A stretch of DNA of 32,000 nt from Bathycoccus prasinos (taxonomy: Eukaryota). The notes beneath the pieces were generated by a model. The model had not been told where the DNA came from. It ran no database searches and saw only the letters and a list, made by a program, of their open reading frames with translations. The stretch lies in assembly GCA_002220235.1 (NCBI GenBank), contig FO082266.1; one strand, given 5' to 3'. Of the stretch, positions 31,659 to 32,000 are shown piece by piece (the stretch's first letter is position 1; each line of letters begins with the position of its first letter). The position numbers and the translations under genes are program-made.

Positions 31659-32000
31659 AAGTCATCACATTAATTCTCATCATCGTTAGAAGATTAAGAT
31701 TGTGTTATATTTTATTAGAAGTCATCACACACAGCAAACAACACATTTTTAAACGGAACGAAAGTAAAACGCGCTCATAAAGTTCTCTTCTTTCTTCTTC
31801 GTCTTCGTCGTCGTCGTCGTCTTCTCCCGGTGTGTGTTGGGTTCGAAAAGAAGGATCTCGCAGCGCGTCGTCGTTTCGCTCTCGCCAGCCCCTCTGTGAA
31901 AATTGTGAGCACTTAATTGGAGAAATAAGGGACACGAGGGAAAAAAAGAAGCAATTTCCGGACAAATTTTGGATCGTTTCTCTCTCTCTTTACACTCGCG

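Noticed and set aside
31705-31965. An 86-aa minus-strand ORF at the right edge.
   Set aside because: It starts at a non-ATG (TTG) codon, has low-complexity acidic content, and shows no recognisable family. It more likely belongs to the spacer or UTR downstream of the MATE gene. A gene beginning beyond the window cannot be excluded.
1-32000. A search for CRISPR arrays, transposons or LTRs, integrases, a viral insertion, or a prokaryote-style defence or toxin-antitoxin system.
   Set aside because: I saw no direct-repeat/spacer array, no long terminal or inverted repeats, no transposase, reverse-transcriptase or integrase-like ORF, and no compositional island. The only repeats are microsatellites, short tandem repeats and coding low-complexity tracts.

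Overview
This window looks like compact eukaryotic nuclear DNA, not prokaryotic. It holds 19 protein-coding genes on both strands and two nuclear tRNA genes, each with an intron. By my tally of the listed coordinates about 79% is coding, and intergenic spacers are usually 40-550 bp. Only two protein genes need introns.

The gene content (PTOX, DGDG synthase, CYP51, VDAC, AP-3 beta, WAPL, POLA2, USP39) suggests a picoplanktonic green alga. So do the roughly 50% GC and the frequent Asn/Thr/Glu/Asp/Ser low-complexity inserts in conserved proteins. A Mamiellophyceae species, possibly Bathycoccus-like, is my guess; I cannot verify it without a database search.

The supplied ORF track writes M at non-ATG starts (TTG/GTG/CTG). 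I checked each start codon and trimmed CDS starts to the first in-frame ATG where needed. One large gene, AP-3 beta on the minus strand at 1-1546, is missing from the track because it runs off the left edge. I recovered it by manual translation.

I found no CRISPR array, transposon, integrase, prokaryotic defence system or operon-like cluster. This appears to be ordinary core chromosome, and I found no undescribed multi-gene system.

The points most worth a second look are:
- The splicing structure of the VDAC gene, including a stop-free, in-frame 456-nt terminal intron.
- An extended splice-site consensus shared by all introns.
- Introns in tRNA-Glu(UUC) and tRNA-Trp(CCA).
- A textbook E2F site plus an adjacent dyad in front of the WAPL-like gene.
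- Telomere-repeat-like (telo-box) motifs in several promoters.
- A recurring TGTAAAAT(T/A)ATA motif downstream of plus-strand genes.
- Low-complexity insertions inside otherwise conserved protein cores.
- Two spacers with no assigned function.
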